Below, one piece after another: positions 8,425 through 18,174 of a stretch of 39,405 nt of DNA; positions within the stretch are counted from its first letter, which is position 1; every line of letters starts with the position of its first letter. The notes beneath the pieces were generated by a model, which worked only from the letters and a program-made list of their open reading frames with translations, was not told the DNA's origin and searched no databases. Both the position numbers and the translations under genes were made by a program. This stretch comes from a virus. Lineage: Duplodnaviria > Caudoviricetes. The stretch is from IMG/VR virus record IMGVR_UViG_3300044878_000251, positions 1-39,405 of that record. The stretch is one strand, 5' to 3'.

Positions 8425-9736
8425 GCAGCACCTCCCCTGCAGGAATACTGTAAGGCCGGGTCAGGCCTGGATTGAGCCTGAGTAGCTCTGCTGCCCGCGA
8501 ATGATCGGCGTACCAGCGAAAGGCCAACAAGCGGAGACTGCTTGGAGTTTGGACGGTACGCTCGATCAGGGGTGGACTCTGCAGGATGACGGAACGGGCT
8601 CGGGCCTGGACCAGGTGAGCAATGTTCCGAAGCGACTCTATGACCGGCAACGCGTCCTCGACGCCGTTGAGACAGCGCTGCAGCAAGATTGCCGACTGGA
8701 TGAGCGAGCGCACCAGGTTAACCAGACCTTCCAGTTGATCCGGGCTCAGTGTCGGACTTTCGGCTTCGGCCTCGATCACAACCGAGGCCGCCTGTGCGTG
8801 TGACAGGGCCAGCTCAGTGATGACCAAGACAACCAATGCCATGCCTGATGCTGCCAGTGGATCGCTGGGCATTGCCTCTGGCAGGGCTTCATCCGAAGGC
8901 GTCTGCCCTTGGCGCGCCGAGGCCAGTAAGGATGCTCCAGCATTCCCGGCTTCGACGGTCAGGCTGGACGAACCTGGTACCGCTGCAGGAACACCATCAC
9001 GGGCCAACAGCTCGCTTGAGCTGGTTGGGGTGCTGTCCTGGATCGCGCTCCTGATTTCCGTAGGAGTCCGGTTTAGATCCACCAGAGGGTCATAGTTTGA
9101 CGTCGAATCGCCGTTGACCATGGAGTCAACGCCCGACACAACGCCCATGATCTGGGAGCGCAACTGCTCAAGGCGTAGGCCTATGCCGGGCAGCCCGAGA
9201 GCTTTTTCAAGCAGCCCAGTCCAGCCACCACCGATCCAGCTCTGTACGTCAGCTACAAGGGTGTCCACGCTGGCCAGCAGATCGAACAGACCGTCTTGCC
9301 ATGAGGGCTCATCGTCCAGCATCAGGCTGGCCTCATCAACAAAGACGAACTGGCGCTGGAAGAACGGCTCATCAGGCTTCTGCTCAATGAACTGCAGAGA
9401 GACCTCAGCGTAATCGGGCCGGTTGGCGGTGTGCTGGACACTCCAGTTGTAAGCTATGACATTGAGGCTGCCGTAAATCGGATGCACCAGTTCACCTGGT
9501 CCAATCATGTCCAAGGCTGCGAGCAGCAGCTGCAGAGCTATTTCGTAGTTCGTCCCGAACAACACCACTCGCATCGCAAAGGCTCGGGCTCCACGACCCA
9601 AGTCCTCAACCGAATCACCGTCTTGGTAGGGGGTGCCGTGCTGAGCTATTGCCCTTTGCGCCTGTAGATTTTCATCGATCACATCTAAAGGGACGCCCCG
9701 ATAGGAGGCATCCAACAACGTCTCTGACCAGCTCAT
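8408..9736 (-). CDS. DNA circularization protein, Mu gpN-like
   Basis: MSWSETLLDASYRGVP...VEDLGR...GELVHPIYG; C-terminal LAFRWYADHSRAAELLRLNP. Confidence 0.92.
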   Translation of the reverse strand: MSWSETLLDASYRGVPLDVIDENLQAQRAIAQHGTPYQDGDSVEDLGRGARAFAMRVVLFGTNYEIALQLLLAALDMIGPGELVHPIYGSLNVIAYNWSVQHTANRPDYAEVSLQFIEQKPDEPFFQRQFVFVDEASLMLDDEPSWQDGLFDLLASVDTLVADVQSWIGGGWTGLLEKALGLPGIGLRLEQLRSQIMGVVSGVDSMVNGDSTSNYDPLVDLNRTPTEIRSAIQDSTPTSSSELLARDGVPAAVPGSSSLTVEAGNAGASLLASARQGQTPSDEALPEAMPSDPLAASGMALVVLVITELALSHAQAASVVIEAEAESPTLSPDQLEGLVNLVRSLIQSAILLQRCLNGVEDALPVIESLRNIAHLVQARARSVILQSPPLIERTVQTPSSLRLLAFRWYADHSRAAELLRLNPGLTRPYSIPAGEVLRAYAK

Positions 9737-11991
9737 TATCCGCGCCTCAATTGAATGCCAACACGTCGCTCCATTTCGGCCTGGAAAGCCTCAGAGTCAA
9801 ACCGCAGGTCAATCACTAGTGGTTTGTCCAGGAGTGATTTGAGGCGCTGTTCAGTGGCCTGATTGGCACCTGGTGAACTCATGGGAGCAACGCCCGCATT
9901 GACCAGTTTGGCGGCCATGCCTGAAGCCCAACTATTGGCACCGGCAACGGACGTACCCGTGGCCGTCAATCCAGTTTGATCTTGGGCAAGGCGCCTGGCG
10001 TTTTCTGATAGCCAGTCTGACGACGCATCGGGGTTCTGGCTGGCTAGGTCGCTACGGTTGCGATAAAACGCCACCTGATAGTCTCGCTGACCGCCGTCGA
10101 GCAATTTGCTTCGTCTGGCAAGATCAGCGCGGCTTTCGTCATCCTGAGGCGTAGAGCCGGGAATCAGAGCACCTGCGATGTAAGGGGATTTGCTCAACGC
10201 ATATCCAAAAGCCAACTTGGCATACTGACCTAAGCTGCTACCACCCTTGCCTTCTGTCCCCAATGAGATATCTGGCGCACCTACTGTGCCCATGTTATTC
10301 GGCCAGTTGGTGACAAACACCGAAGTGACGCCGGTAGCCTCCTCCAACACTTTACCGACAGCGATATTTTTAAGGGTCTCGGGTCCGCCCATAAACTTGT
10401 TCAGCAGCGCACCTGCACCCGCTTTGGCGCCACGTCCGGCGTAGTAACCGCCTGCGCCCAAAGCAAGGCTGCCGCCCAGCATCTGCTCGCCAGTGAGGTT
10501 CAAGTCATCGAGCAGGTAGCCGCCAAAGTCGGCGAGCCCTTTATTGAGTGGTTGGGCCATACGGTCAATCGCTTGGCCCAAGGTGGCCTTCATGCGGTTG
10601 CCCACAGCCGTGGCGCTCTCGGTGTTTTCCTTCAGATCGCGATTAAGCACTGGCTCTGCAGCGCTAATTTTCGCTGTCTGATCATTGAAGGTCGCAAGAC
10701 GATCACCGCCGAGCATGATCCGCATGCCCCGAACAGTGTCCTGGTCCATGCTTTTGAAGACCGTGCCCATGAACTGAGCCCGCTGCTGGTCAGTCTTCAT
10801 GGCGTCATACTTGCGTTTCAGATCGCCCATAACGTCAGTTGGGTTGCGAGAGCTGCCGTCGCCATTGAAGAACTTCACGCCGCTGCTTTTCGTGACCTGG
10901 TCACGGTATTGCTTCACGCTAAAGACGCGAAGCGTCGAGTCAGCAAGTGTGCCAAGGCGATCCGGCTGCATCTCGACGGTCGATAGCGTCTCAACGAATG
11001 CGAGCGCCTGAGACAGCCCCATGCCGGCTGCCTGAGCAGATCCACCGATCTTGGGGAACAGGTCGGCCAGGTTCTCCAGCTCGGCATTTCCGAGGCGACC
11101 TGCCACCGTCATCTTCTGCAGCAGATCGAGGGCAGCACCGGCCTTATTCAGGTCGATATTGAACGCACTGGCACCGGCCACCGTGGCCTTGCCCAGTACC
11201 GCCGAATCGGCTCCGCTGACGGCTGTAGTTTGCCCGATGGCGTCTGCAGTCTTCTTGGCGGCGTCATAGTTCACGCCTGAGGCAATAAGTGTGTTGAAGC
11301 CACTGTCCACGCCCGCGCGATCCAAGCCGTAAGTCTTCGCAATGCGAAAGCCTTCCTGACGCCACTCATCGCGCTGAGCCGAGGTCATCCCTGCAGTCTG
11401 CTGAGTACGGATTAATTGGCGGTCAAGCCTGGCGCTGCCGGTCAGCCCTGCAGCAACACCGACACCAACCCCAAGGCCAGCCAACCGGCCTTGCACCGAA
11501 GTGCCTAGCCCTTTAATACGGTTGAACTCTTCACGGACACCAGTAGCCAGAGTTTTCAATACCCGTAGATTCCGACCGCCATTCTGAGCGAGACGGCGAA
11601 AGCTGGTGTCGGCACGGTCCACACTTTGGCGCAAAGGATCGACGCCTTCGCGAGCGGTACGAACCAGCTCAGCTTTGGTTTCGCGGGCAGCCTGGCGCCC
11701 GACCTGACCAAGTTGCTTAAGGTCCGACGTGGTCTGCAGGACACCTTGACGGAATACGCCGCTACCTTGGGTAGTGGCTTCACGCATGGCTTGGCGGATG
11801 ATTTTGTAACTGGCAGCGCCAGCTTGACCGGTTTTGCTGATCGCGTTAGTTGCTTTACCCGACTCATCAGCCAAGGCCTTGGCGCCGTCTTTACCAGCCT
11901 TGCGCAGATCCCGCTCAATGGCTTGAATCTCACGTCGACTGTTGCCCGACGTGGCTTGGATGCGGAGCGCTACGCGCAGATCTGAACTCAT
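9736..11991 (-). CDS. Tail tape measure protein
   Basis: 751 aa Ala/Gly-rich helical protein with TP901-like core (AGRLGNAELENLA), between chaperone and gpN. Confidence 0.9.
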   Translation of the reverse strand: MSSDLRVALRIQATSGNSRREIQAIERDLRKAGKDGAKALADESGKATNAISKTGQAGAASYKIIRQAMREATTQGSGVFRQGVLQTTSDLKQLGQVGRQAARETKAELVRTAREGVDPLRQSVDRADTSFRRLAQNGGRNLRVLKTLATGVREEFNRIKGLGTSVQGRLAGLGVGVGVAAGLTGSARLDRQLIRTQQTAGMTSAQRDEWRQEGFRIAKTYGLDRAGVDSGFNTLIASGVNYDAAKKTADAIGQTTAVSGADSAVLGKATVAGASAFNIDLNKAGAALDLLQKMTVAGRLGNAELENLADLFPKIGGSAQAAGMGLSQALAFVETLSTVEMQPDRLGTLADSTLRVFSVKQYRDQVTKSSGVKFFNGDGSSRNPTDVMGDLKRKYDAMKTDQQRAQFMGTVFKSMDQDTVRGMRIMLGGDRLATFNDQTAKISAAEPVLNRDLKENTESATAVGNRMKATLGQAIDRMAQPLNKGLADFGGYLLDDLNLTGEQMLGGSLALGAGGYYAGRGAKAGAGALLNKFMGGPETLKNIAVGKVLEEATGVTSVFVTNWPNNMGTVGAPDISLGTEGKGGSSLGQYAKLAFGYALSKSPYIAGALIPGSTPQDDESRADLARRSKLLDGGQRDYQVAFYRNRSDLASQNPDASSDWLSENARRLAQDQTGLTATGTSVAGANSWASGMAAKLVNAGVAPMSSPGANQATEQRLKSLLDKPLVIDLRFDSEAFQAEMERRVGIQLRRG

Positions 11992-12020
11992 GTTTGAAAC
12001 TCCCGCACACCTTTATATAA

Positions 12021-12047
12021 AGAAGAAAGGCCCGTTTCCGGGCCTTT
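12021..12047 (-). terminator. Putative intrinsic terminator upstream of tape measure gene
   Basis: Hairpin AAAGGCCCG-TTTC-CGGGCCTTT (12026-12047), followed on the minus strand by CTTCTTT. Confidence 0.5.
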
Positions 12048-12049
12048 GG

Positions 12050-12313
12050 TCAGTTCTGCGCAGGCCCGGCCTCAGAGCCGGCACTCCAACACAACGTGTT
12101 TCGGCCACCTGGCTGGATGTTGATCCAGAAAACTCCAGGCTCAGGTGGAACGAACCCGAGACGCTCGGCCGCGACAACCAAGTCTTCCTGGAATGCCTCC
12201 ATTGGTGGCTTCGCATCGAGCGATGCCAGCGCATTGGCGCGATGAGCGCGCATGATCCCGTCGAGAGCCTCGAAGCTGGGCAGATCAAGCTTGATATATA
12301 CGATCGGAGTCAT
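12050..12313 (-). CDS. Hypothetical 87-aa protein
   Basis: ATG overlaps (ATGA) the stop of the frameshifted chaperone; no recognisable motif. Confidence 0.6.
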   Translation of the reverse strand: MTPIVYIKLDLPSFEALDGIMRAHRANALASLDAKPPMEAFQEDLVVAAERLGFVPPEPGVFWINIQPGGRNTLCWSAGSEAGPAQN

Positions 12314-12809
12314 TTGCTTTTGCCCTTACGCTTGCTGACATATCGCGTGGAGTTCTTCTTGCGGCCTACCAGCAGATCAAGGCGCGCCTCGATCTCTGGA
12401 CGGGTCATCGAACGGATTTCAGCTAAGCGATAGCCGTGTCGGACAAGGGCGTGCTCGATGCGTCGCCAGTCGTTGGAACCGCGCTCGGCGGCGCGAGCTT
12501 TTTTTCCAAGACCTCATCGGCCTGACCCAATCGAGCCAGATCGGTCTCAGTCAGCTCCTCCAGGAGCAACTCCGTAGTCAGCGACTCAACCGGAATATCG
12601 CCCAATGCCAGTAGCTGACGACGGAACACATCAACGGTAATTAGCTGCAGCGGGCCTTGTGGATGCTCTTGCTGAGCACCGACCAAATCGCCCGCCATCG
12701 GCACGCGCAACGTAAAGCTCTTGTGACGCGTGCCAGCAAAATACACACCAACGGCCAGCACACCTGATTCGGTCAAACCATCCCATCGCTTATCAATAGT
12801 CGTCATCAC
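12310..12809 (-). CDS. Tail assembly chaperone, -1 frameshifted long form (~166 aa)
   Basis: Slippery A AAA AAG (plus 12498-12504); -1 frame stays open 62 codons (ARAAERG...KGKSK) to TGA at 12310-12312. Confidence 0.75.
12423..12809 (-). CDS. Tail assembly chaperone (short form)
   Basis: 128 aa between tube and tape measure; slippery site near C-terminus (LEKKL). Confidence 0.82.
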   Translation of the reverse strand: MMTTIDKRWDGLTESGVLAVGVYFAGTRHKSFTLRVPMAGDLVGAQQEHPQGPLQLITVDVFRRQLLALGDIPVESLTTELLLEELTETDLARLGQADEVLEKKLAPPSAVPTTGDASSTPLSDTAIA

Positions 12810-12810
12810 G

Positions 12811-13182
12811 TTATTCCGAGTAGTAGTTGAGAGCGGCCAGGGTCAGATCGCGGGTTGCTTCACCTTCAAGCTGGTACTTGCTGCCCATCTCAATGAGCGA
12901 TACCCCCGTCCAGGTTTCTCGATCACCGCCGCCGTCTACCGGCTCGATGGTGATCTTGGCGTCCAGCATGGCCCGCCAGTTCGGTTCGCCGGACTTAGGA
13001 ATGGCCACGGACACACGCAGGTCGTAGTCCTCTACACCGGCGGCAGTGCCCTTCGGCCGCCTGTTGCGGTTCATGGTTTTGACGATGGTGCGACCAGTCT
13101 TAAGCGTGTGCTCAAGACTCTTGATCTCGTAGTCCTCACCATTGATGGAAAGGACGATTTGCCCAACATAGATATCTGACAT
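12811..13182 (-). CDS. Tail tube protein
   Basis: 123 aa beta-rich protein directly after sheath. Confidence 0.8.
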   Translation of the reverse strand: MSDIYVGQIVLSINGEDYEIKSLEHTLKTGRTIVKTMNRNRRPKGTAAGVEDYDLRVSVAIPKSGEPNWRAMLDAKITIEPVDGGGDRETWTGVSLIEMGSKYQLEGEATRDLTLAALNYYSE

Positions 13183-13197
13183 AGGTGCGGCCTCGAA

Positions 13198-14295
13198 TTA
13201 CAGGAGCAGGTCGATGCGACCGGCGAACACATGCAGGCCGTTCACCACATCGGCGGGAATGGAAGCGTTTAAGCGATTCACGTCTTGTTGCGAACGCTCA
13301 ACAATCAAGGCGTTCGCATTGGCATCGACCTGCTCGAGGATCTCCAGCTCTTCGCACTTTTTCGCAACATCGAGCAGTTCACTACGCACCGCAGCTGCCG
13401 TTCTGCTGGAAAGCTTGGATCTCGGGAATCGCAGGCGGATACGATCACGGCAAGCCTGCCGGAAGTAATAAAGCGTCCGCATGGTGGTCAGGTCGAGCAG
13501 CGACACATCCGTCGCCCCGGTGGCGTTCTTTGTGTAAGTGCTGATCGCTCGGACGATTTGCACCTGGTCACCCGGACCTACCTCCAGCGGAGTGATGCCA
13601 TTGGTCAAGCAGGTCTCTTGCTCAGTACGCCCCAATCGACTGGCGATTGGTGGCACCTGGATGCCAGTTAGGACCAGGGTGTTCAACGGACGGGCCGGAT
13701 CTTCCTCAGAAGCGATCATTGCCGCATACGCTGCTGCGACCTGGCGCGCAGTCGAGGTAGATCCTGGTAGAAGCGCCAGAGTGATCGGGCCGGAGTTGAG
13801 CGCAGTGGCCAACGCGGTAGCCGCAGAGATGGTTGAGGTCACTGCACCGACGCCCAGGATCGACTGTTGCTCAACCGAATCGGTATAGGTGTTGATGTGA
13901 GTGCGCAGAGCCGTGAGGGCAATCTGGCTAAACCAGGCAGGCACCAGGATGGTGAACTTGCCCATTGCAGTCGCGGCCAATGCGGCACTGATGTCCGGCT
14001 CTTGACCTTCGGTTACGGTCACACCAACACATGAGATGGCCACGTAACGGTAAGCGGCAATGGCTGCAGCAACCATCTCCTGAGCAACGACCCCAAACTG
14101 GGCCAAAGCCTCATCGGCGCTGTAGACCTGAGCAGGAACATGAGCTACCGCAGTAGCGCCCGCGTCCAAAGGGACGATGAGGCAGATGCTCTGCGCGTTG
14201 GTCGGCAGAGTGCGAACGGCCAACTTAGTGTTGAATTCCATGTAAACACCCGGCTTGCGGATGCTTGCTGGAATCGTGTCAAAGCCGATAGTCAT
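13198..14295 (-). CDS. Tail sheath protein (Mu gpL-like, compact)
   Basis: IPASIRKPGVYMEFN, EEDPARPLNTL, NGITPL, IVRAISTY, DVVNGLHVFAGRIDL. Confidence 0.93.
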   Translation of the reverse strand: MTIGFDTIPASIRKPGVYMEFNTKLAVRTLPTNAQSICLIVPLDAGATAVAHVPAQVYSADEALAQFGVVAQEMVAAAIAAYRYVAISCVGVTVTEGQEPDISAALAATAMGKFTILVPAWFSQIALTALRTHINTYTDSVEQQSILGVGAVTSTISAATALATALNSGPITLALLPGSTSTARQVAAAYAAMIASEEDPARPLNTLVLTGIQVPPIASRLGRTEQETCLTNGITPLEVGPGDQVQIVRAISTYTKNATGATDVSLLDLTTMRTLYYFRQACRDRIRLRFPRSKLSSRTAAAVRSELLDVAKKCEELEILEQVDANANALIVERSQQDVNRLNASIPADVVNGLHVFAGRIDLLL

Positions 14296-14510
14296 TGCAT
14301 GACTCCTTTAGCGATTTGTTTGGCACCGCGACCAACCGTTTTGGCATCTGCGACTACACGCAATTCGCCTGCAGCAATACGGCGCTGGTAGTAGGAGGTG
14401 TTTTCGACCTCTACCGGCTCAGCAGGCTCGGGCTGAATGAACCCCGCCTGCTTGTTCAGTTGATTCGGCTGCATAGGCACCGGATCTGTTGTGGCGATCA
14501 CGCGCATCAC
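14292..14510 (-). CDS. Mu gp38-like small protein (DUF2635)
   Basis: VEVENTSYYQRRIAAGEL motif immediately before sheath. Confidence 0.8.
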   Translation of the reverse strand: MMRVIATTDPVPMQPNQLNKQAGFIQPEPAEPVEVENTSYYQRRIAAGELRVVADAKTVGRGAKQIAKGVMQ

Positions 14511-15079
14511 GGAACCCTCAATTCGATGTTGTCTGTTGCGGTTGTCTCAGGGTTGTCGCCTGGAACGTGGTACGAAATATCAACGCCTTCGAGGTCGGGC
14601 AGCGGCTCTTCTGGGATCATCCAATCCAGATCAATGGCAAAGCTTTGCCCAAGTACCGATAGGTGATCGGACTGAAACTTACCGGTGACCAGGTTGGCGA
14701 ACTCGGTAGGCGAAGCACGCGCCCCATCAGGCTTGTGTTGCCAGCCTGTGAGCAGGCGCATACAGCTTTCCCAAATCCAGTAACTGCCCGGATCTGCAGT
14801 GACGGTGCCCCGTCGAGTGGCTTTCTCATCTCGGACTGACTTACTGGAAATGACCAAGCGGAACACCACTGCAGCGCTGAATCGGCGGCTGGTTTGGCTC
14901 TGACGGCGAAACGCCACCCGAGGCGTAGTGAGCATCACCGAGGGCGTGCCCTTGATCAGATCAACCAGCAGATCTGGATCACTCAGCTCGCCGCCATACG
15001 TCTTGATCGTCAGGCGCGGCAGCTGTTTTTTCAGCTCCGCGAGCCTGGCCTCAATGGCGTCTTCCAGATCCCCCAACAT
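14507..15079 (-). CDS. Mu gp37-like tail completion protein (DUF1834)
   Basis: LEDAIEARL...IKTYGGEL; synteny. Confidence 0.8.
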   Translation of the reverse strand: MLGDLEDAIEARLAELKKQLPRLTIKTYGGELSDPDLLVDLIKGTPSVMLTTPRVAFRRQSQTSRRFSAAVVFRLVISSKSVRDEKATRRGTVTADPGSYWIWESCMRLLTGWQHKPDGARASPTEFANLVTGKFQSDHLSVLGQSFAIDLDWMIPEEPLPDLEGVDISYHVPGDNPETTATDNIELRVP

Positions 15080-15570
15080 CAGAGCCGGCTCAGCGTGTTG
15101 CGGCTGAACAGTCGAGGCGTATGCTGGATTGCCAAACCTGACTGGCCAGACTCAGATGCCCCACGTTTATCATCCTCAGCGGCCAGGCTCTCCAGCCGCT
15201 TGATGATGTCCTTGTAACGCAGCCGTACGCTCGACTCGGCATTGGCCTTCTCGCCGTACAGGTGAAACCGAGTCAGTTCGGGCAGATCTTCAGCAACCCA
15301 AGCCGGCGCGTCTTCACCTGGTCGGCGATAACGTAGGTAAAACTGAACCTCGCTCCGGGCACGGGTAGCGGCATCGGCAATCCGTGCCAGCGCCGCAACG
15401 GCGGCCGCCACATCATCAGCATCCCATCCGGCCAGATCGTCGCCCCTGGCTGCTGCTTCCAGCAGACCAGGTTCAATGGGATTGAAGGTGTCAGGGACGG
15501 CCAGACTGGCCATTTCCGTAGCACCGAAGCGAGCAATCAAGACCAGTGCACCAGGTAGCGAGAGGTTCAT
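15079..15570 (-). CDS. Mu gp36-like head-tail connector (DUF1320)
   Basis: LIARFGATEM...RYKDIIKRLE...RLFSRNTL. Confidence 0.82.
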   Translation of the reverse strand: MNLSLPGALVLIARFGATEMASLAVPDTFNPIEPGLLEAAARGDDLAGWDADDVAAAVAALARIADAATRARSEVQFYLRYRRPGEDAPAWVAEDLPELTRFHLYGEKANAESSVRLRYKDIIKRLESLAAEDDKRGASESGQSGLAIQHTPRLFSRNTLSRL

Positions 15571-15860
15571 TAGGCGCCCCTTACGCGACGGGTCTTAGCA
15601 CCAACTGCCTTAGGCTTCGACGCACCAGGCGTCGGGCCTGTTTGTGCGCCATTACCTTCCAGCCCGCTGCCCTCGCTCTCATCGCTGTCATCCTCTTCCG
15701 GTTCTTCCACACCTTCGACCACGATCAGTTGCGGCTCACCTCTGAGCGCTTCCAGCTGTTCTTCGCTGAATGCATCATCGGCGTAGTAAGTGCCCGCACT
15801 GCTGTGAGCGATCCCGGCGCGACGGAAGCCATCGCGCAATGCTGTGATAAGTAAGGCCAT
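15570..15860 (-). CDS. Mu gp35/HI1506-related protein
   Basis: ITALRDGFRRAGIAHS...FSEEQLEALRGEPQLIV; start ATG 15860. Confidence 0.8.
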   Translation of the reverse strand: MALLITALRDGFRRAGIAHSSAGTYYADDAFSEEQLEALRGEPQLIVVEGVEEPEEDDSDESEGSGLEGNGAQTGPTPGASKPKAVGAKTRRVRGA

Positions 15861-15864
15861 GGGA

Positions 15865-16773
15865 TTAGGCATCCGTACCGGTGGAGCCGTAAGCGGTCTG
15901 CCAGAGGCCATAGCCACCAGCCGCACGTGCTTCAGCACCAAACTTGAATTTCTTGCGGTTGAAAACATCATCCGCTTCGGCGTCGATCTGCTGGACGAAC
16001 ACCGGAGCCTTGCGCTCCTGGTAGATAAACGGCTTCACCGGGAGGCTGGTGTCGAGCAGGAACCATGCGGTGTCCGAAGTCAGGCGACCGGAGACAACCA
16101 GTTCAGCGGTCCCCTTATAGATGTTGGTCTTGCCGTCTTCCAGGCGGTCAGCCGTGAGTAAGGCACGACCAACGTCTTCCAGCGCCTTTGGCACCAGGAG
16201 AACGGTTGGCGTGATGTTCAGGGGACGACCATCTTCATCCATGAACTTGCCCATGGCCGTACGAGCGGCGCCATAACTGGCCAGAGCGAGCGCCTGAGTT
16301 GCAATCGAGAGTTTTTTAGTGCCCTTGTTACTGACACTTTGATCGCCCACGGGGTGATCGGTGTCAAAGAAGTATTGGTCGTCGTAGCACGGGCTGGTGA
16401 AAGCCGCGTTGACCACATCAAAAATGATTTCATCTGGCAATTGCTTGGCCGAGTAGCCCGCCATTTGTGCCTGAGGCGAGTAGATGCCCAGTTGATCGTC
16501 TTCGATATCGTTGCGGTCCACCTCAACGGTGGCCTCAAAGTCTTCGTTGACGACGGTGTACTTGAACGCCTTCAGGCTTTTGATGTGTTTCTCGCCGATC
16601 CAGCGGCGCATACGTGGAAAGGACGACAGCCACGCGTAAAGGTTGCTGCCCGTGCTGGACGGCACCTTCATGGCGATCTTTTCCCAGTTGCTGGGCGCGG
16701 CAGTGAAGGCGTTGTTGAACAGCGTTTTGAGTGCGACGAAGGCCGCTTGAATCGAAGCTTTATTTACCAGCAT
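15865..16773 (-). CDS. Major capsid protein, Mu gpT-like
   Basis: YAWLSSFPRMRRWIGE, FEATVEVDRNDIEDDQLGIY, CYDDQYFFDTDHPV, KPFIYQER. Confidence 0.95.
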   Translation of the reverse strand: MLVNKASIQAAFVALKTLFNNAFTAAPSNWEKIAMKVPSSTGSNLYAWLSSFPRMRRWIGEKHIKSLKAFKYTVVNEDFEATVEVDRNDIEDDQLGIYSPQAQMAGYSAKQLPDEIIFDVVNAAFTSPCYDDQYFFDTDHPVGDQSVSNKGTKKLSIATQALALASYGAARTAMGKFMDEDGRPLNITPTVLLVPKALEDVGRALLTADRLEDGKTNIYKGTAELVVSGRLTSDTAWFLLDTSLPVKPFIYQERKAPVFVQQIDAEADDVFNRKKFKFGAEARAAGGYGLWQTAYGSTGTDA

Positions 16774-16800
16774 GCGCAATGCGCTCCTATATATAGAGGG

Positions 16801-17196
16801 TTACTCGACCCAAACACCATCCGAGTCGATGCCAACAATTCGGCCAGCCGCAGAGCGAGTGCCACCTCCATCGGTGGCCGCAACCGTACCGTCGTCCACG
16901 ACGTAAGCGGTTTTCAGCAAGTTGGCCTGGACAATGGAGCCGTCATTGGTCCACTTGAATGCCTTGTTGCGACGCACCGGCACGCGAGCCGCGCCAGCCG
17001 CGCCAGAGGTGTTATCGACGAACTCTTCAGCTCGACCGGCGTAGGTCAAACCAGTCGCGGTGCTACCCGGCACGGCAAAGCCGGCCGCATTGAGCATCAC
17101 CAGGCTTCCAGCGAAGATCTTGGTGCTGGCTGCCAAGCCGATCACCACGACGTCAGTGGCTTTCATTGAGGTATTTCGGTCTTGAGTCAGCGGCAT
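16801..17196 (-). CDS. Head decoration/cement-like protein
   Basis: 131 aa Ala/Gly-rich beta protein (YVVDDGTV...AGRIVGIDSDGVWVE) between protease and capsid. Confidence 0.7.
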   Translation of the reverse strand: MPLTQDRNTSMKATDVVVIGLAASTKIFAGSLVMLNAAGFAVPGSTATGLTYAGRAEEFVDNTSGAAGAARVPVRRNKAFKWTNDGSIVQANLLKTAYVVDDGTVAATDGGGTRSAAGRIVGIDSDGVWVE

Positions 17197-17199
17197 GGC

Positions 17200-17694
17200 T
17201 TAGCCCTCGCTCTGAAGCGTTTTGGCGTACTGCTCAGGATCAACACCCAGCTGCGCGCACATGGCTTGCTGCTCGGCGTTGAGGGCAGTAGGGAGAACGG
17301 TTTGCGGTTTGCCATTCAAGCCAGACGGCTCGCCCACAACTGGTGCCGCAGTGACGAACGCCTTGAAGCGCTCCAGACCACCTTCTTCTTGGCAGGCTGC
17401 ACGGTGGTAGTCAGCGGTAGCTGGGGTAATCTTGCCGAGCTTCAGTGCTGCATCGATCTCGGCGTTAACTGACGAATCACGTTCGGCTTTGACGCGAGTA
17501 GCCAATGCCTGCTCGGCGTTAGTGGCGCGAAGCTGCAGAGCGTCGTGATCAGCACGCGGTACGAAACGATCCAGGCTTGGCGTCTTTTCAGTATTCGCGG
17601 CTTGCTTCAGTTGGTTGGCCGCAGCCATAACTTCGGCTTCGGTGGCAGCGTCGGTCAGACCGAGCAATGCCAATAGCGCAGGAGGGAATTTCAC
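17200..17694 (-). CDS. Putative nested in-frame scaffold protein (Mu gpZ-like)
   Basis: In-frame GTG at 17694 preceded by GGAG-N6, just after the protease domain; Mu I/Z has this arrangement. Confidence 0.6.
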   Translation of the reverse strand: MKFPPALLALLGLTDAATEAEVMAAANQLKQAANTEKTPSLDRFVPRADHDALQLRATNAEQALATRVKAERDSSVNAEIDAALKLGKITPATADYHRAACQEEGGLERFKAFVTAAPVVGEPSGLNGKPQTVLPTALNAEQQAMCAQLGVDPEQYAKTLQSEG

Positions 17695-18168
17695 ATTGAA
17701 CTCCGGTTCTTCGTGGTTGAGGGCTGTGAGGAGGAAATTCGGGACGTTGGTGAGGCCAGCGCTGACCAGGCGCACAATGCGTCCGCCTTCGGCCTCGTAG
17801 TCGAATACAGGAGAAAGGAAGCGGTACTCTTTGGCAGCGACTTGCTCGCCACCGCGAGGGGTCCAATTGACTCGACCCCAGAGGCCGCCCGAGCGAATCT
17901 CCAACTCGGTGATCCAAGCTGCTGCAGGAGCCGCTTGACCATTTGGGGCTAGGTGTTGGGTGGCGTGCTCCCAATCAATAGGCAGCTCGATGTTCCGAGC
18001 CGTGAACAGGCTCAGCACCATCTCCTGTGCCTGCTCATCGAACAGCCACTGACGACCATCACGACCGATTACGACGGGACCAGCTGGAATTAGCTCGACC
18101 CATTCCGGCGCCTTGCCATTGGCAATCGCTGCAGAGAGGTCGGTATTGAGTGCGAGTAATGTTTTCAT
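17200..18168 (-). CDS. Prohead protease, Mu gpI-like (with C-terminal scaffold)
   Basis: PEWVELIPAG, GRDGRQW, LPIDWEHAT, APAAAWI, EYRFLSPVF, AGLTNVP; start ATG 18168. Confidence 0.93.
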   Translation of the reverse strand: MKTLLALNTDLSAAIANGKAPEWVELIPAGPVVIGRDGRQWLFDEQAQEMVLSLFTARNIELPIDWEHATQHLAPNGQAAPAAAWITELEIRSGGLWGRVNWTPRGGEQVAAKEYRFLSPVFDYEAEGGRIVRLVSAGLTNVPNFLLTALNHEEPEFNVKFPPALLALLGLTDAATEAEVMAAANQLKQAANTEKTPSLDRFVPRADHDALQLRATNAEQALATRVKAERDSSVNAEIDAALKLGKITPATADYHRAACQEEGGLERFKAFVTAAPVVGEPSGLNGKPQTVLPTALNAEQQAMCAQLGVDPEQYAKTLQSEG

Positions 18169-18174
18169 GCCGCT

